This document shows, one piece after another, positions 63,621 to 64,000 of a stretch of 64,000 nucleotides of DNA (its first letter is position 1; every line of letters begins with the position of its first letter). The notes below the pieces were generated by a model that was not told where the DNA came from, ran no database searches, and saw only the letters and a list, made by a program, of their open reading frames with translations. This stretch comes from Nitrosopumilus sp. (GTDB lineage Archaea > Thermoproteota > Nitrososphaeria > Nitrososphaerales > Nitrosopumilaceae): contig OZ241981.1 in the NCBI GenBank assembly GCA_965204345.1, positions 224,001 to 288,000 on the forward strand. The letters run 5' to 3'. The translations under genes were made by a program, and so were the position numbers.

Positions 63621-63896
63621 TTTCCTAAAACTAGACATCAAAGTATTCAATCAAGAAATAGTCAAAATACTAAAACCATAGAATTTCTTAAAGTAGAATC
63701 ATGTCGTTATGGGGAATCCGCCTTAACTTATTGGTCTGTTATGGGATTTACTTGAAGTAGATTCCAAGATTTGCAAAAACAGTGATTAAAAATCCCGTTT
63801 ATTTCTTCAATATGAAAAGCGCCTAACTTAACACAAAAAGACCCTAATTTAACACCCAGTTGAAAAGCCCCTAAGATTGAACAGTGTAAAGATTTG

Positions 63897-64000
63897 TACA
63901 CTGTTCAATCTTAGTGTCATTTGCCTGTTTTAAACAGACTGTTCAATTCGAGTGATGGGTGTTAAGTTAGGGTGATGACAGATTCAAAAAAATTCACACT
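63897..64000 (+). mobile_element. Probable end of a third related element continuing beyond the window
   Basis: TACACTGTTCAATCTTAG (18 bp identical to the element 2 terminus) directly after the TSD, then further TGTTxAA motifs. Confidence 0.6.

Larger units (their letters stand above)
48155..63888. mobile_element. 15.7-kb IS6-family unit transposon 2 with 90-bp TIRs and 8-bp TSD
   Basis: TIRs 48155-48244 / 63799-63888 (3 mismatches); AAGATTTG directly repeated at 48147-48154 and 63889-63896; internal transposase 62268-63620. Confidence 0.88.

Noticed and set aside
44295-63888. Casposon, known from Nitrosopumilus
   Set aside because: No Cas1-like casposase and no family B polymerase
48153-63890. 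Tn7/CAST interpretation (TGTACA-like left end, ATPase, Cas4-like gene)
   Set aside because: The right end does not read TGTACA, the clean duplication is 8 bp rather than 5 bp, and no TnsB, TniQ, Cas effector or array is present

Overview
AT-rich archaeal chromosome segment. Gene content (gatB, purE, ilvA, PduO-type adenosyltransferase, Lrp pairs, SPxxQ-type surface domains, tRNA-Phe) points to Nitrosopumilaceae; large HYR/FN3 surface proteins and many pseudogenes hint at a host-associated lineage (inference). Core blocks (1-4.2, 16.5-19.9, 22.5-26.1, 41.4-44.2 kb) alternate with accessory blocks. (i) A type I R-M locus whose two hsdS genes share a ~66-bp inverted repeat flanking hsdR, a tyrosine recombinase and hsdM; both hsdS are broken, but inversion would assemble one intact gene. 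(ii) A ThaI-like type II R-M pair. (iii) A decaying island of secreted proteins, a two-component system and two tandem C/D-box sRNAs. (iv) A stack of IS6-family cargo transposons: one carries a CfrBI-like R-M system; the next (48155-63888; 90-bp TIRs, 8-bp TSD AAGATTTG) carries a translationally coupled methyltransferase / Cas4(Csa1)-like nuclease / putative wHTH / AAA+ ATPase operon with no CRISPR array in the window, plus giant surface proteins including a pseudo-metalloprotease; a third related end starts at 63897. All family calls come from motifs read by eye. Several frameshifts lie in homopolymers and could be sequencing errors.
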